53,127 bases of DNA from Malacoraja senta (taxonomy: Eukaryota): NCBI GenBank assembly GCA_038087875.1, contig JAXLNO010000539.1, forward strand, positions 124,001-177,127, in the 5' to 3' direction. The first letter of the stretch is position 1. Each line of letters begins with the position of its first letter. The notes beneath the pieces were generated by a model, which saw nothing but the letters and a program-made list of their open reading frames with translations, was not told the DNA's origin and made no database searches. The translations under genes and the position numbers were made by a program. Positions 36,837 to 48,552 of this stretch are shown here, piece after piece.

Positions 36837-37294
36837 TGATCGAAAGTGAACCAAACGAAACTCCAGTCTGAAGAAGGGTCTCAACTCATGAACCGATGAT
36901 GGGCCATGAGAAGGGAGGGTTTAGCAAAGGTCAGCTGGCAAGCCCACCTGTCCTCGTTCTCCACAGATACTGCCTGGCCCGCTGAGCTACTCCACCACTA
37001 TGTGTACCTTTGGTTGGACTCAGCCCCTGCATATCTTTCCTGCAAAGGGCTTGACTCAGGAGGTTGTTGATCCAGTGACAAGAGGCTGATTGCAACTGGC
37101 TATCAGTGTATGTATGTATGGATGTGGGTGGCATCAGGGAACTGGTAGAAACTGTGGCTCTTGACCCAGGTTTGATCCCGGGTGGAGCTTGCAAATTCTC
37201 CCTCTGACTGTGGCGGATGCTGGTTAATCCACAAAGTGCTGGAGTAACTCAGCGGGTCATCTCTGGAGATCACGGATAGGTGACGCTTCGGGTC

Positions 37295-37899
37295 ATAGAT
37301 ACATCGATACATAGAAAATAGGTGCAGGAGTATAGGCCATTCGGCCCTTCGAGCCTGCACCGCCATTCAATATGATCATGGCTGATCATCCAACTCAGTA
37401 TCCCGTACCTGCCTTCTCTCCATACCCCCTGATCCCCTTAGCCACAAGGGCCACATCTAACTCCCTCTTAAATATAGCCAATGAACTGGCCTCGACTACC
37501 CTCTGTGGCAGAGAGTTCCAGAGATTCACCACTCTCTGTGTGAAAAAGTTTTTCCTCATCTCGGTCTTAAAGGATTTCCCCCTTATCCTTAAGCTGTGAC
37601 CCCTTGTCCTGGACTTCCCAAACATCGGGAACAATCTTCCTGCATCTAGCCTGTCCAACCCCATAAGAATTTTGTACGTTTCTATAAGATCCCCCCTCAA
37701 TCTCCTAAATTCTAGCGAGTACAAGCCGAGTCTATCCAGTCTTTCTTCATATGAAAGTCCTGACATCCCAGGAATCAGTCTGGTGAACCTTCTCTGCACT
37801 CCCTCTATGGCTATAATGTCCTTCCTCAGATTTGGAGACCAAAACTGTACGCAATACTCCAGGTGTGGTCTCACCAAGACCCTGTACAACTGCAGTAGA
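37295..37899 (-). mobile_element. Young CR1/HER1-type LINE 3' end
   Basis: ORF 37395-37889. Confidence 0.92.
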
Positions 37900-37902
37900 G
37901 AT

Positions 37903-38190
37903 TAGGGTCGCCAACTGTCCCGTATTAGCCGGGACATCCCGTATATATTTGCGCTGAATTGGTTTGTCCCGTACGGTACCGCCCTTGTCCCGTATTTGAC
38001 CGCTACTACACGGGTCGAGGTCGGACCCCACCTCACCCGTCCCGACGTAGTGCAGCCCGTGGAGTGCAGCAGCAGAGCCTCGCCCGTGGCCCCGTCGGTC
38101 GGTCGGTCGGCAGCCCGGCCTAGCTGTCCGACCTCCGGACCTTTCGCTGACCGCCGACACCACCTCCACCACCCATCCTTCTCACGGCCG
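37903..38190. mobile_element. Truncated copy of the hAT-like MITE at 26664-27180
   Basis: tagggtcgccaactgtcccgtattagccgggacatcccgtat, reverse complement of 27139-27180. Confidence 0.8.
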
Positions 38191-38364
38191 AGGACGGGGC
38201 CCCGGACCTTGTGTGCGGCCTGGAGTCAGGATCGAACCCGTGACTCTGGCGCTGTGAGGCAGCAACTCTACTGCCCCATCCGATTTAAAACTTTCCTCTT
38301 ACACCAGGCTTTGAATCTCCTCTCCCCGCCCACCTTCAGCGCTTTGGGTGGAAGTACGTACATC

Positions 38365-39205
38365 GAAACATAGAAACATGGACAGTAGGTGCAGGAGTAG
38401 GCCATTCGGCCCTTCGAGCCTGCACCGCCATTCAATATGATCATGGCTGATCATCCCCAATCAGTACCCCGTTCCTGCCTTCTCCCCATATCCCTTGATT
38501 CCGTCAGCCCTAAGAGATAAATCTAACTCTCTCTTAAAAACATCCAGTGAATCGGCCTCCACTGCCTTCTGTGGCAGAGAATTCCACAGATTCACAACCC
38601 TCTGGGTGAGAAAGTTTTTCATCATCTCAGTCCTAAATGGCCGACCCCTTATTCTTAAACTGTGTGACCCCTGGTTCTGGACTCCCCCCAACATGGGGAA
38701 CATTTTTCCTGCATCTGTGGCCTGTCCATTCCAACGGGGTACTGATTTTAGATGATCAGCCATGATCATATTGAATGGCTGTGTGGGCTCGAAGGGCCGA
38801 ATGGCCTACTCCTGCACCTATTGTCCATGTTTCTATGTTTCTGTACGATTTCCTCTCATCCTTCTAAACTCCAGCGAATACAAGCCCAGTTGATCCATTC
38901 TTTCATCATATGTCAGTCCCGCCATCCCGGGAATTAACCTGGTGAACCTACGCTGCACTCCCTCAATATCAAGAATGTCCCTTCCTCAAATTAGGGGACC
39001 AAAACTGCACACAATACTCCAGGTGTGGTCTCACCAGGGCCCTGTACAACTGCAGTAGGACCTCCTAAACTCAAATCCTCTCACAATGAAGGCCAACATG
39101 CCATTGGCTTTCTTCACTGCCTGCTGTACCTGCATGCTTACTTTCAGTGACTGATGTACAAGCACGCCCAGGTCTCGTTGCACCTCCCCTTCTCCTAATC
39201 TGACA
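38365..39205. mobile_element. CR1 fragments in mixed orientation
   Basis: Antisense ORF2 pieces with a sense 3' end at about 38735-38845. Confidence 0.8.
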
Positions 39206-39385
39206 TCATTCGGCTCATCTAAACGGTGTCTGAAGAAGGGTCTCGACCCGAAAACGTCACCCAGAAACTTCTCTCCAGAGTCGCTGCCTGTCCCGCTGAG
39301 TAAAACTCCAGCTTTCTGTGTCTCTCTGCGACCCACTCAGCACGGCAGTTTCTCCTGTGGGAAAGCCGTGAGACATTTCTCCATA

Positions 39386-39778
39386 TGAAACATATAAGAT
39401 TGTTAAGGACTTGGACACACACTAGAGGCAGGAAACATGTTCCCGATGTTGGGGGAGTCCAGAACCAGGGGCCACACACACACAGTTTAAGAATAAGGAG
39501 TAAGCCATTTGGAACGGAGACGAGGAAACCTTTTCTCACGGAGAGAGGTGAGTGTGGAATTCTCTGCCTCAGAGGGCGGTGGAGGCCGGTTCTCTGGATG
39601 CTTTCAAGAGAGAGCTAGATAGGGCTCTTAAAGATAGCGGAGTCAGGGGATATGAGGAGAAGGCAGGAACGGGGTACTGATTGGGGATGATCAGCCGTGA
39701 TCCCATTGAATGGCGGTGCTGGCTCGAAGGGCCTACTCCTGCCCCTATTGTCTATTGTCTATTGTCTGTTGTCTATTG
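39386..39778 (+). mobile_element. CR1 3' end flanked by a 114-bp direct duplication
   Basis: 39277-39390 repeats at 39788-39901. Confidence 0.85.
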
Positions 39779-40538
39779 ATCTCATCTAGAGTCGCTGCCT
39801 GTCCCTCTGAGTAATACTCCAGCTTTCTGTGTCTCTCTTCGACCCACTCAGTACGGCAGTTTCCCCTTTGGGAAAGCCAGGAGACATTTCTCCATATGAA
39901 AGGAAAGTTGTTGCCATGTGAGCTAAAACAGCCACAGCACACCGCAGGGGGCTGGTGCAAGATAAGATTTATTTTCTTCCCTGATTGGAATTTTGCTTCT
40001 TTTACTCAATCAGCGTCCCCGCCCCCCCCCCTCCCCCCTCCTCCCATCAGCGAACTGAATCCTCAATTGTTACATTGCGTCTGAGATCGCTTATATAAGC
40101 GCGCGACCTCTTTCAAGTTTAAATATAAGCTGGCATAAAAGTTTCAAACGGAGTTAATGCGGAACATTCAAGTCAACATTATCGTCACGAACCATGTTAC
40201 TCCAATTACTTAAGGCTGGCGTGACATCTGTTATCTATTATATCATTTATGCAGGAGGCGGAGCCCATGGGATATCAGTGCAAATACCAGCGACTCGCTG
40301 TGCAATGGAGAGAGAGCCTTAAAATGCGTCTTCTTCCCCCCCCCTTGTTGTTGCAGTGACTGCGACTGCAATGCCCGTGCATGCCTCAGCTCGCAGTTCT
40401 GCGCCATCTAACAATGAGCTATTCGACAATCAACGCGATCTCCGTCCCCTTTGTCCTGTTTTCACGCCCGACGCTTCCCCATCTATGTACCTCCCTTCTC
40501 CACTAACAGCAGGCCTCGACCCCGAAACGTCACCCATT

Positions 40539-41283
40539 CATAGAAACATAGAAACATAGAAAATAGGTGCAGGAGTAGGCCATTCGGCCCTTCGAGCCTG
40601 CACCACCATTCAATATGATCATGGCTGATCATCCAACTCAGTATCCCGTACCTGCCTTCTCTCCATACTCCCTGATCCCTTTAGCCACAAGGGCCACATC
40701 TAACTCCCTCTTAAATATAGCCAATGAACTGGCCTCAACTACCCTCTGTGGCAGAGAGTTCCAGAGATTCACCACTCTCTGTGTGAAAAAGTTTTTCCTC
40801 ATCTCGGTCTTAAAGGATTTCCCCCTTATCCTTAAGCTGTGACCCCTTGTCCTGGACTTCCCCAACATCGGGAACAATCTTCCTGCATCTAGCCTGTCCA
40901 ACCCCATAAGAATTTTGTACGTTTCTATAAGATCCCCTCTCAATCTCCTAAATTCTAGCGAGTATAAGCCAAGTCTATCCAGTCTTTCTTCATATGAAAG
41001 TCCTGACATCCCAGGAATCAGTCTGGTGAACCTTCTCTGTACTCCCTCTATGGCAATAATGTCCTTCCTCAGATTTAGAGACCAAAACTGTACGCAATAC
41101 TCCAGGTGTGGTCTCACCAAGGCTCTGTACAACTGCAGTAGAACCTCCCTGCTCCTATAATCAAATCCTCTTGCTATGAAAGCTAACATACCATTCGCTT
41201 TCTTCACTGCCTGCTGCACCTGCATACCTACTTTCAATGACTGGTGTACCATGACACCCAGGTCTCGCTGCATCTCCCCATTT
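40539..41283 (-). mobile_element. Young CR1/HER1-type LINE 3' end
   Basis: ORF 40638-41273 QRDLGVMVHQSLKV...AVKKANGMLAFI. Confidence 0.92.
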
Positions 41284-41779
41284 CCTTCTCTCCAGAGACG
41301 CCGCCTGTCCTGCTGAGTTACTCCAGCGTTTTGTCTCTGTCTTCGGTTGAAACCGGCACCTGCAGTTCCTTCCCACGCATTGTTCTCGGCTCAGAGATAC
41401 AGCGCGGGAAACAGGCCTGATGGGAGCGTGGGGAGAGAGGGAGTGTCCGGGGGGTGAGACTAGTCCTTGATTATGCTGCTGGCCTTGCCGAGGCAGCGTG
41501 AGGTGTGGATGGAGTCGATGGAAGGGAGGTTTAAGAAAGAACTGCAGATGCTGGAAAAATCGAAGGTAGACAAAAATGCTGGAGAAACTCAGCGGGTGAG
41601 GCAGCATCTATAGAGCGAAGGAATAGGTGACGTATCGGGTCAAGACTCTTCTTCAGACTGATGTGGGGGTGGGGGAAGAAGAAAGGAAGAGGTGGAGGAG
41701 GGTGGTTTGCGTGATGGTCCACAATGCTCTACAATTTCATGATATCCCGGCTGGAAATGGTCTTGCTGCTGTAGCAACG

Positions 41780-42290
41780 TAGAAACATAGAAAATAGGTG
41801 CCCCTCGAGCCAGCACCGCCATTCAATATGATCGCGGCTGATCATCCAGAATCAGTACCCCGTTCCTGCCTTCTCCCCATATCCCTCGATTCCTTTAGCC
41901 CCAAGAGCTAAATCTAACTCTCTCTTGAAAACATCCAGTGAACCGGCCTCCACTGCCCTCTGTGGCAGGGAATTCCACAGATTCACAACTCTCTGGGTGA
42001 AATTTCTTCCCCTCATCTCAGTCCTAAACGGCCGACTCCTTATTCTTAAACTGTGTGCGACCCCTGGTTCTGGACTCCCCCCAACATCGGGAACATTTTT
42101 CCTGCCTCTACCCTGTCCAATCCCTTGAGAGTTTCAAATGCTTCTATCAGATCCCTTCTCATCCTTCTAAATACCGGTGAATACAAGCCCCAGTCGACCC
42201 CATTCTGCGGTGGTGTGTCAGTCCCGCCATCCCGGGATTTAAGCTGGCCAACCTACGCTGCGCTCCCTCCATGGCAAGAATGTCCATCCT
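41780..42290 (-). mobile_element. CR1-type LINE 3' end
   Basis: Antisense ORF2 end, frameshifted. Confidence 0.85.
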
Positions 42291-42429
42291 CTGCTCTCCC
42301 GGGGGGGTACAGTTGCAAGGTTGCGTAACAAAACAGAGAGGGATAACATTTCGAATTCCTGGCTGTTAACATATCGGATGGCCTGTCCTGCGTTCACCAA
42401 GTAGGCGGGCGAATCGCTAAGATACCGTT

Positions 42430-43030
42430 GGATAGAACTTTATTTATCCCGGGAGGGAAATTGATCTGCCAATAGTAGCTTTAAATTTAAAGTGACGAGT
42501 GGAAAGGATTGGGGGATGGGCAAAGATTGGGAGGGGAGTCAGTCTCAGTCGACCCCACGACAGAAGGGAGGAGGGAGTTGTCCAGTTTGATAGCCACAGG
42601 GAAGAAGGATCTCCTGTGGCGTTCTGTGCTGCATCTTGGTGGGACCAGTCTGTTGCTGAAGGGGCTCCTCACGTTGACCAGTGCGTCACGGAGCGGAGGG
42701 GGGGGGGGGTGAGCTGTATTGTCCAGGACGCTCCGCAGTTTTGAGGAGCATCCTCCCCGTCCAAGACCAACCTCCCCGTGAATCCGACTCCAACTCCAAC
42801 TCCAACTCCAACTCCAACTCCAACTCCAACTCCAACTCCAACTCCAACTCCAACTCCAACTCCAACTCCAACTCCAACTCCAACTCCAACTCCAACTCCA
42901 ACTCCAACTCCAACTCCGCCCCCAGGATGGAGCCGGCCTTCCCCCCGATGAGTTTTGTCGATCGTGTTGGCGGCCTTTCGCCCTGCTGCCCCGGCACCAC
43001 GGCAACGGAGAAGATGGCACAGGCCGAACA
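42430..43030 (-). mobile_element. Rex1/Babar-type LINE fragment containing an expanded microsatellite
   Basis: AIFSVAVV...KLIGGKAGSILG and ILDNTAHP...RSPFSNRL..PRCSTERHRRSFFPVAIKL. Confidence 0.75.
42787..42917 (+). repeat. (AACTCC)n microsatellite, about 21-22 units
   Basis: Perfect hexamer array. Confidence 0.98.
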
Positions 43031-43079
43031 TCGGCCGGCACAACAAAGGCACGCCTCCTTCGTGTCTCGGATCAATTAC

Positions 43080-43378
43080 GGCGGTGGCGCAGCGGTAGAG
43101 TTGCTGCCTTACAGCGCTTGCAGCGCCAGAGACCCCCGGTTCGATCCCGACTACGGGCGCTGTCGGTCCGTTCTCCCCGTGACCCGCGTGGGTTTTTCCC
43201 CCGAGATCTTCGGTTTTCCTCCCACACTCCAAAGACGTGCCGGTTTGTAGGTTGGCTTGGGCTTGTATACTTGGTGTAGGTGTAAATTGTCGCGAGTGTG
43301 CGTGTAGGCTGGTGGGTGCGGACTCGGTGGGCCGAAGGGCCTGTATCCGCGCTGTATCTCTAAACTAAGCTAAACTAA
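43080..43378 (+). mobile_element. tRNA-derived SINE (HE1/V-SINE type)
   Basis: ggcggtggcgcagcggtagag...ggttcgatccc; taaac tail. Confidence 0.85.
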
Positions 43379-43382
43379 TAGA

Positions 43383-43515
43383 GTCTGAAGAAGGCTTTCG
43401 GCCCGAAACGTTGCCTATTTCCTTCGCTCCATAGATGCTGCCTCACCCCGCTGAGTTTCTCCAGCATTTTTGTCTACCTTCGATTGTTCCAGCATCTGCA
43501 GTTCCTTCTTAAACA
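43383..43515 (+). mobile_element. Penelope-derived short unit
   Basis: gtctgaagaaggctttcggcccgaaacgttg...gttccttcttaaac. Confidence 0.8.
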
Positions 43516-43682
43516 TAATATATTTGAGAAAAAGTATTGAGAGAATGGTAATTGTCAGAGAGCTGGCGTAGGCTCAGTGAGTTCCTCTCATATTTCAAAG
43601 AAAAATGACAGGGATGATAGATTATAGTTTTGTTCCTGCTGCCCACTCATCTGAGGTTTCAACAACTTACTTAATTTAAGTT

Positions 43683-44143
43683 TAAGAAGGAACTGCAGAT
43701 GCGGGAAAAATCGAAGGTAGACAAAAATGCTGGAGAAACTCAGCGGGTGAGGCAGACAATAGACAATAGACAATAGACAATAGGTGCAGGAATAAGCTAT
43801 TAGGCCCTTCGAGCCAGCACCGCCATTCAATGTGATCACGGCTGATCATCCCCAATCAGTACCCCGTTCCTGCCTTCTCCCCATATCCCCTGACTCCGCT
43901 ATCTTTAAGAGCCCTATCTAGCTCTCTCTTGAAAGCATCCAGAGAACCGGCCTCCACCGCCCTCTGAGGCAGAGAATTCCACAGACTCACCACTCTCTGT
44001 GAGAAAAAGTGTTTCCTCGTCTCCGTTCTAAATGGCTTACCCCTTATTCTTAAACTGTGTGTGGCCCCTGGTTCCGGAACGTCACCTATTCCTTCGCTCC
44101 ATAGATGCTGCCTCACCCGCTGAGTTTCTCCAGCATTTTTGTC
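43683..44143. mobile_element. Inverted Penelope-derived pair with a nested antisense CR1 end (43754-44075)
   Basis: TSD tacttaatttaagtt 43668-43682 and 44144-44158. Confidence 0.8.
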
Positions 44144-44466
44144 TACTTAATTTAAGTTGTTAAATTTTAACAAATACTTAAATTAAGTTGTTACTTAATT
44201 AACAACTTACTAAATTTTATTAATTTATTTAATAAAAACAATGTCTCTAATAAGTTGTGAAGTTTATAGATATTGGTATTGTCTTTTTTCACTATTATTG
44301 TTTGTTTGTTCGGAAATCGGTTTTAAAACATGGGGGGGGGGGGGACAGGATGAGGCCTAACATCTAGGACAGGGCCGGCAACCTACGGCCCGCCCTGTCC
44401 TAGATCCGGCCCGTAACCCAAAAACATCCGGCACGCAGGCGGTTTTTTTTTTCAATTAGTTTTCGC

Positions 44467-44952
44467 GACCTGGGCACTACAGCCAGTCCCGGGGCCCGCA
44501 GGCAACCTGGGCACTACAGCCAGTCCCCGGGCCCGCAGGCAACCTGGGAACTACAGCCAGTCCCGGGCCCACAGGCGACCTGGGCACTACAGCCAGTCCC
44601 GGGCCCGCAGGCAACCTGGGCACTACAGCCAGTCCCGGGGCCCGCAGGCAACCTGGGAACTACAGCCAGTCCCGGGCCCACAGGCGACCTGGGCACTACA
44701 GCCAGTCCCGGGCCCGCAGGCAACCTGGGCACTACAGCCAGTCCCGGGGCCCGCAGGCAACCTGGGAACTGCAGCCAGTCCCGGGGCCCGCAGGCAACCT
44801 GGACACTACAGCCAGTCCCGGGGCCCGCAGGCAACCTGGGAACTGCAGCCAGTCCCGGGGCCCGCAGGCAACCTGGGAACTGCAGCCAGTCCCGGGGCCC
44901 GTAGGCAACCTGGGAACTGCAGCCAGTCCCGGGCCCGCAGGCGACTTGGGAC
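44467..44952 (+). repeat. GC-rich minisatellite, 36-37 bp unit, about 13 copies
   Basis: Unit gcaacctgggcactacagccagtcccggggcccgcag. Confidence 0.95.
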
Positions 44953-45269
44953 TTGGCTGTAGAGCCCTCGTCACAAAACATGGGGGGGATTGTCCCCCAC
45001 CACTCAAAACATGGGGGGGGACAGCCCCCTCCGCATCCCCCCAGGATTTCCGCCCATGCGTGTGTGTATGTACGTATGTGTGTATATATATATATAAACA
45101 AGATAGACACAAAATGCTGGAGTAACTCAGGCAGCATCTCTGGAGAGAAGGAATGGGTGACGTTTCTGGTCGAGACCCTTCTTTAGTTTAGTTTAGTTTA
45201 AAGATACAGCGCGGAAACAGGCCCTTCGGCCCACCGGGTCCGTGCCGACCAGCGATCCCCGCACACTAC

Positions 45270-45579
45270 AGGGCCTGTCCCACTGTGCGAGCTAATTCAA
45301 GAGCTCTCCCCGAGTTTCCCCTGTTTCGAACTCGGACATTTACGGTAATGGCCGCTCGTGGGTACTCGGGGCTCTCGTGGACATTTTTTCAACGGGTCGA
45401 AAAATCTTCACGAGCTTACCGCGTTTCCCGAGTACCTGCCGCAAGCGTTACGAGCCGCTAAGAGACGTCCCCGAGCTCCGACCTACCCGCTACGTACATT
45501 CCACCTACTTACCACGAGTTTGATTTTTTTTTTAACTCGGGAGAGCTCTTGAATGACCTCGTACAGTGGGACAGGGCCT
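45270..45579. mobile_element. Harbinger-like MITE nested in an antisense HE1-type SINE (about 45184-45620)
   Basis: TIR agggcctgtcccactgtgcgag / ctcgtacagtgggacagggcct; same internal family as 17537-17870. Confidence 0.8.
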
Positions 45580-45759
45580 TAACGCTATCCTACACACACT
45601 AGGGACAATTTACACATACACAAAGCCCATTCAGATATATATATATATATATACCCAAACATTTTTCGTTTGTTATACTGAATACAGAGTACTATGTATA
45701 TATATTCTGTAGGCCGGAACTGCAGATGCTGGTTTATACTGAAGGTAGACCAACAAGGT

Positions 45760-46442
45760 ACGGCAGGCAGTGAAGAAAGCGAATGGGATGTTGGCCTTTA
45801 TAACAAGAGGAATCGAATATAGGAGCAAAGAGGTCCTTCTGCAGTTGTACAGGGCCCTAGTGAGACCACACCTGGAGTATTGTGTGCAGTTTTGGTCTCC
45901 TAATTTGAGGGAAGGACATTCTTGCTATTGAGGGAGTGCAGCGTAGGTTTACAAGGTTAATTCCCGGGATGGCGGGACTGTCATATGCTGAGAGAATGGA
46001 GCAGCTTGGCTTGTATACTCCGGAGTTTAGGAGGATGAGAGGGTATCTCATTGAAACACCTAAGATTTTTTAAGGGTTTGGACACGCTAGAGGCAGGAAA
46101 CATGCTCCCGATGTTGGGGGAGTCCAGAACCAGGGGCCACACACAGTTTAAGAATAAGGGGTAAGCCATTTAGAACGGAGACGAGGAAACACTTTTTCTC
46201 ACAGAGAGTGGTGAGTCTGTGGAATTCTCTGCCTCAGAGGGCGGTGGAGGCCGGTTCTCTGGATGCTTTCAAGAGAGAGCTAGATAGGGCTCTTAAAGAT
46301 AGCGGAGTCAGGGGATATGGGGAGAAGGCAGGAACGGGGTACTGATTGGGGATGATCAGCCATGATCACATTGAATGGCGGTGCTGGCTCGAAAGGGCCG
46401 AATGGCCTACTCCTGCACCTGTTGTCTATTGTCTATTGTCTA
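45760..46442 (+). mobile_element. CR1-type LINE 3' end
   Basis: QAVKKANGMLAFI...; (ctattgt)n tail. Confidence 0.9.
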
Positions 46443-47104
46443 TAACAAAGCTGGAGTAACTCAGCGGGACAGGCAGCATCTCTGGAGAGAAGGAATGGGT
46501 GACGTTTCGGGTCGAGACCCTTTCCTCAGAGTTCTCTGCGCTGCTGCGAGGAATAATTTCATTGTTCTGAGTGGGACATTTGGCAATAAAGCCCTCTTTA
46601 TTAAAACTGCAGATGCTGGGAACTTCGAAAGAAAAAAATAAAAAACAGCAGCAACTGCGATCAAGGGGTTAAATATTTCGGTTGGACGATCTTTCATCAG
46701 AAGTTGGAAAAAGTTAGAAAACAAGCATGTTTTGAATTGCGGAGAAAGGGGGGGAGGAGCTGGAGGGAACAAAGACAATGTCTGTGGTGGGGTGTGTACG
46801 GGGAGAGTTTGAATGACTCCGACGTTGTTGATGCCAGCTGCAAGAGGTGGGCAGAGAGAGGCCTGTTCACTGCCTGAGGTTGACGTTGATAAACGATGAA
46901 CGAGGACAGAGAGAAAGACGACAGCACGGAGCTGGAATCTTGAGATTCTACGGTAAAGCGCCCAAGGAAAAGAAAATGAAAATGGGGATACACCCAAACA
47001 AGCTGGTTCGGGGGTATAGGATACCGTACCACAGAACCGTATTTATCCCAGGATGGGAAATTGATCTGCCAGCAGTCATATTAAAACACCACAAGATGTA
47101 CACC

Positions 47105-47447
47105 AAACATAGAAACATAGAAACATAGAAAATAGGTGCAGGAGGAGGCCATTCGGCCCTTCGAGCCAGCACCCCATTCATTGTGATCATGGCTGATCGT
47201 CCCCTATCAATAACCCGTGCCTGCCTTCTCCCCATATCCCTTGATTCCACTAGCCCCTAGAGCTCTATCTAACTCTCTCTTAAATCCATCCAGTGACTTG
47301 GCCTCCACTGCCCTCTGTGGCAGGGAATTCCACAAATTCACAACTCTCTGGGTGAAAAAGTTTTTTCTCACCTCAGTCTTAAATGACCTCCCCTTTATTC
47401 TAAGACTGTGTGGCCCCTGGTTCTGGACTCGCCCCACATTGGGAACA
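47105..47447 (-). mobile_element. CR1-type LINE 3' end
   Basis: ORF 47207-47437; same subfamily as 12042-12487. Confidence 0.88.
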
Positions 47448-47464
47448 TGAAGTTAAAGTGACAA

Positions 47465-47802
47465 GTTGTTGCCTCACAGCGCCACAGATCCAGGTTCGAT
47501 CCCGACCACGGGGGCTGTCTGTGCGGAGTTTGTACGATCTCCCCCCCCTCCGTGACCTACGTGGGTTTTCTCCGGGTGCTCCGGTTTCCTCCCACATTCC
47601 AAAGACGTGCAGGTTTGTGGGTTCAGGGGGCGGAAAACGCGGGGGGGGGGGTGGGGGGGGCCAGAGTGGACACGTCCCCTCCATGTTTTGATAGCGAGTT
47701 CCGCTCTTGTGGTTCATTGGTTGTCACCAGTGTGTGTGTGTGGACACCGTTGGAGTGCGGGGATCGGCAGTCGGTGTGGACTCGTTGGGCCGAGGGGCCT
47801 GT
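47465..47802 (+). mobile_element. HE1-type SINE with an 86-bp TIR-bounded insert (47624-47709)
   Basis: SINE core interrupted by cagggggcggaa...ttccgctcttg. Confidence 0.7.
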
Positions 47803-47985
47803 GACTAACTAGGCCGTAACGCTCAACTTATAGACTGGTATTACAAACAAGCTGTTCACGTTGCACGGCTAACGTGCGATGACCACAACATTGACAGGCA
47901 ATAGACAATAGGTACAGGAGGACAGAGAATTCCACAGACTCACAACTCTCTGGGTGAAAACGTATTTCCTCATCTCCGTTCTAAA

Positions 47986-48552
47986 TCTGTGGAGTCTTTT
48001 AAGTTCCTGGGAACCATCGTCTCCAAGGACCTTAAGTGGGGGGGGGCTACCGTCGACTCCACAGTCAAAAAAGCCCAACAGAGGATGTACTTCCTGCGGC
48101 AGCTGAGGAAGCACAATCTGCCACAGGCAATGATGGTCCAATTCTACACGGCCATCGTAGAGTCTGTCCTCACCTTCTCCATCATGGTCTGGTTTGGCTC
48201 AGCCACCAAGCACGACACCTGGAGGCTGCAGCGAGTCGTCCGATCGGCAGAGAAGGTTATTGGCTGCAACCTTCCCTCCATTGACGAACTGTACACTGCA
48301 AGGGCCAGGAAGCGAGCGGGCAAGATCATCTCTGACCCCTCTCACCCTGGCCACAAACTCTTTGAATCACTTCCCTCTGGAAGGCGACTCCGGACTGTCA
48401 AAGCTGCCACAGCCAGACATAAAAACAGTTTTTATCCACGAGTAGTTGCTCTACTCAACAGCCAAAAATCTGTAGCCTCCCTTTGATCTGGTATTTTGTT
48501 GGTTCACGTGCTTGATCAATGGTGTTTTATCATTAATGTTTTATTATTATTA
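47986..48552 (+). mobile_element. Rex1/Babar LINE ORF C-terminus and 3'UTR
   Basis: ESFKFLG...DLKW...KKAQQRMYFLRQLRK...FYTAIVESVLTFSI.VWFG...DPSHPGH.LF..LPSGRR. Confidence 0.9.

Noticed and set aside
42487..43250. ORFs with (SW)n, (GV)n, (SN)n, (EL)n repeats
   Set aside because: Translations of the AACTCC microsatellite
44467..44952. Regularly spaced repeats resembling a CRISPR array or repeat protein
   Set aside because: Head-to-tail units with no unique spacers, in a vertebrate context; it is a minisatellite
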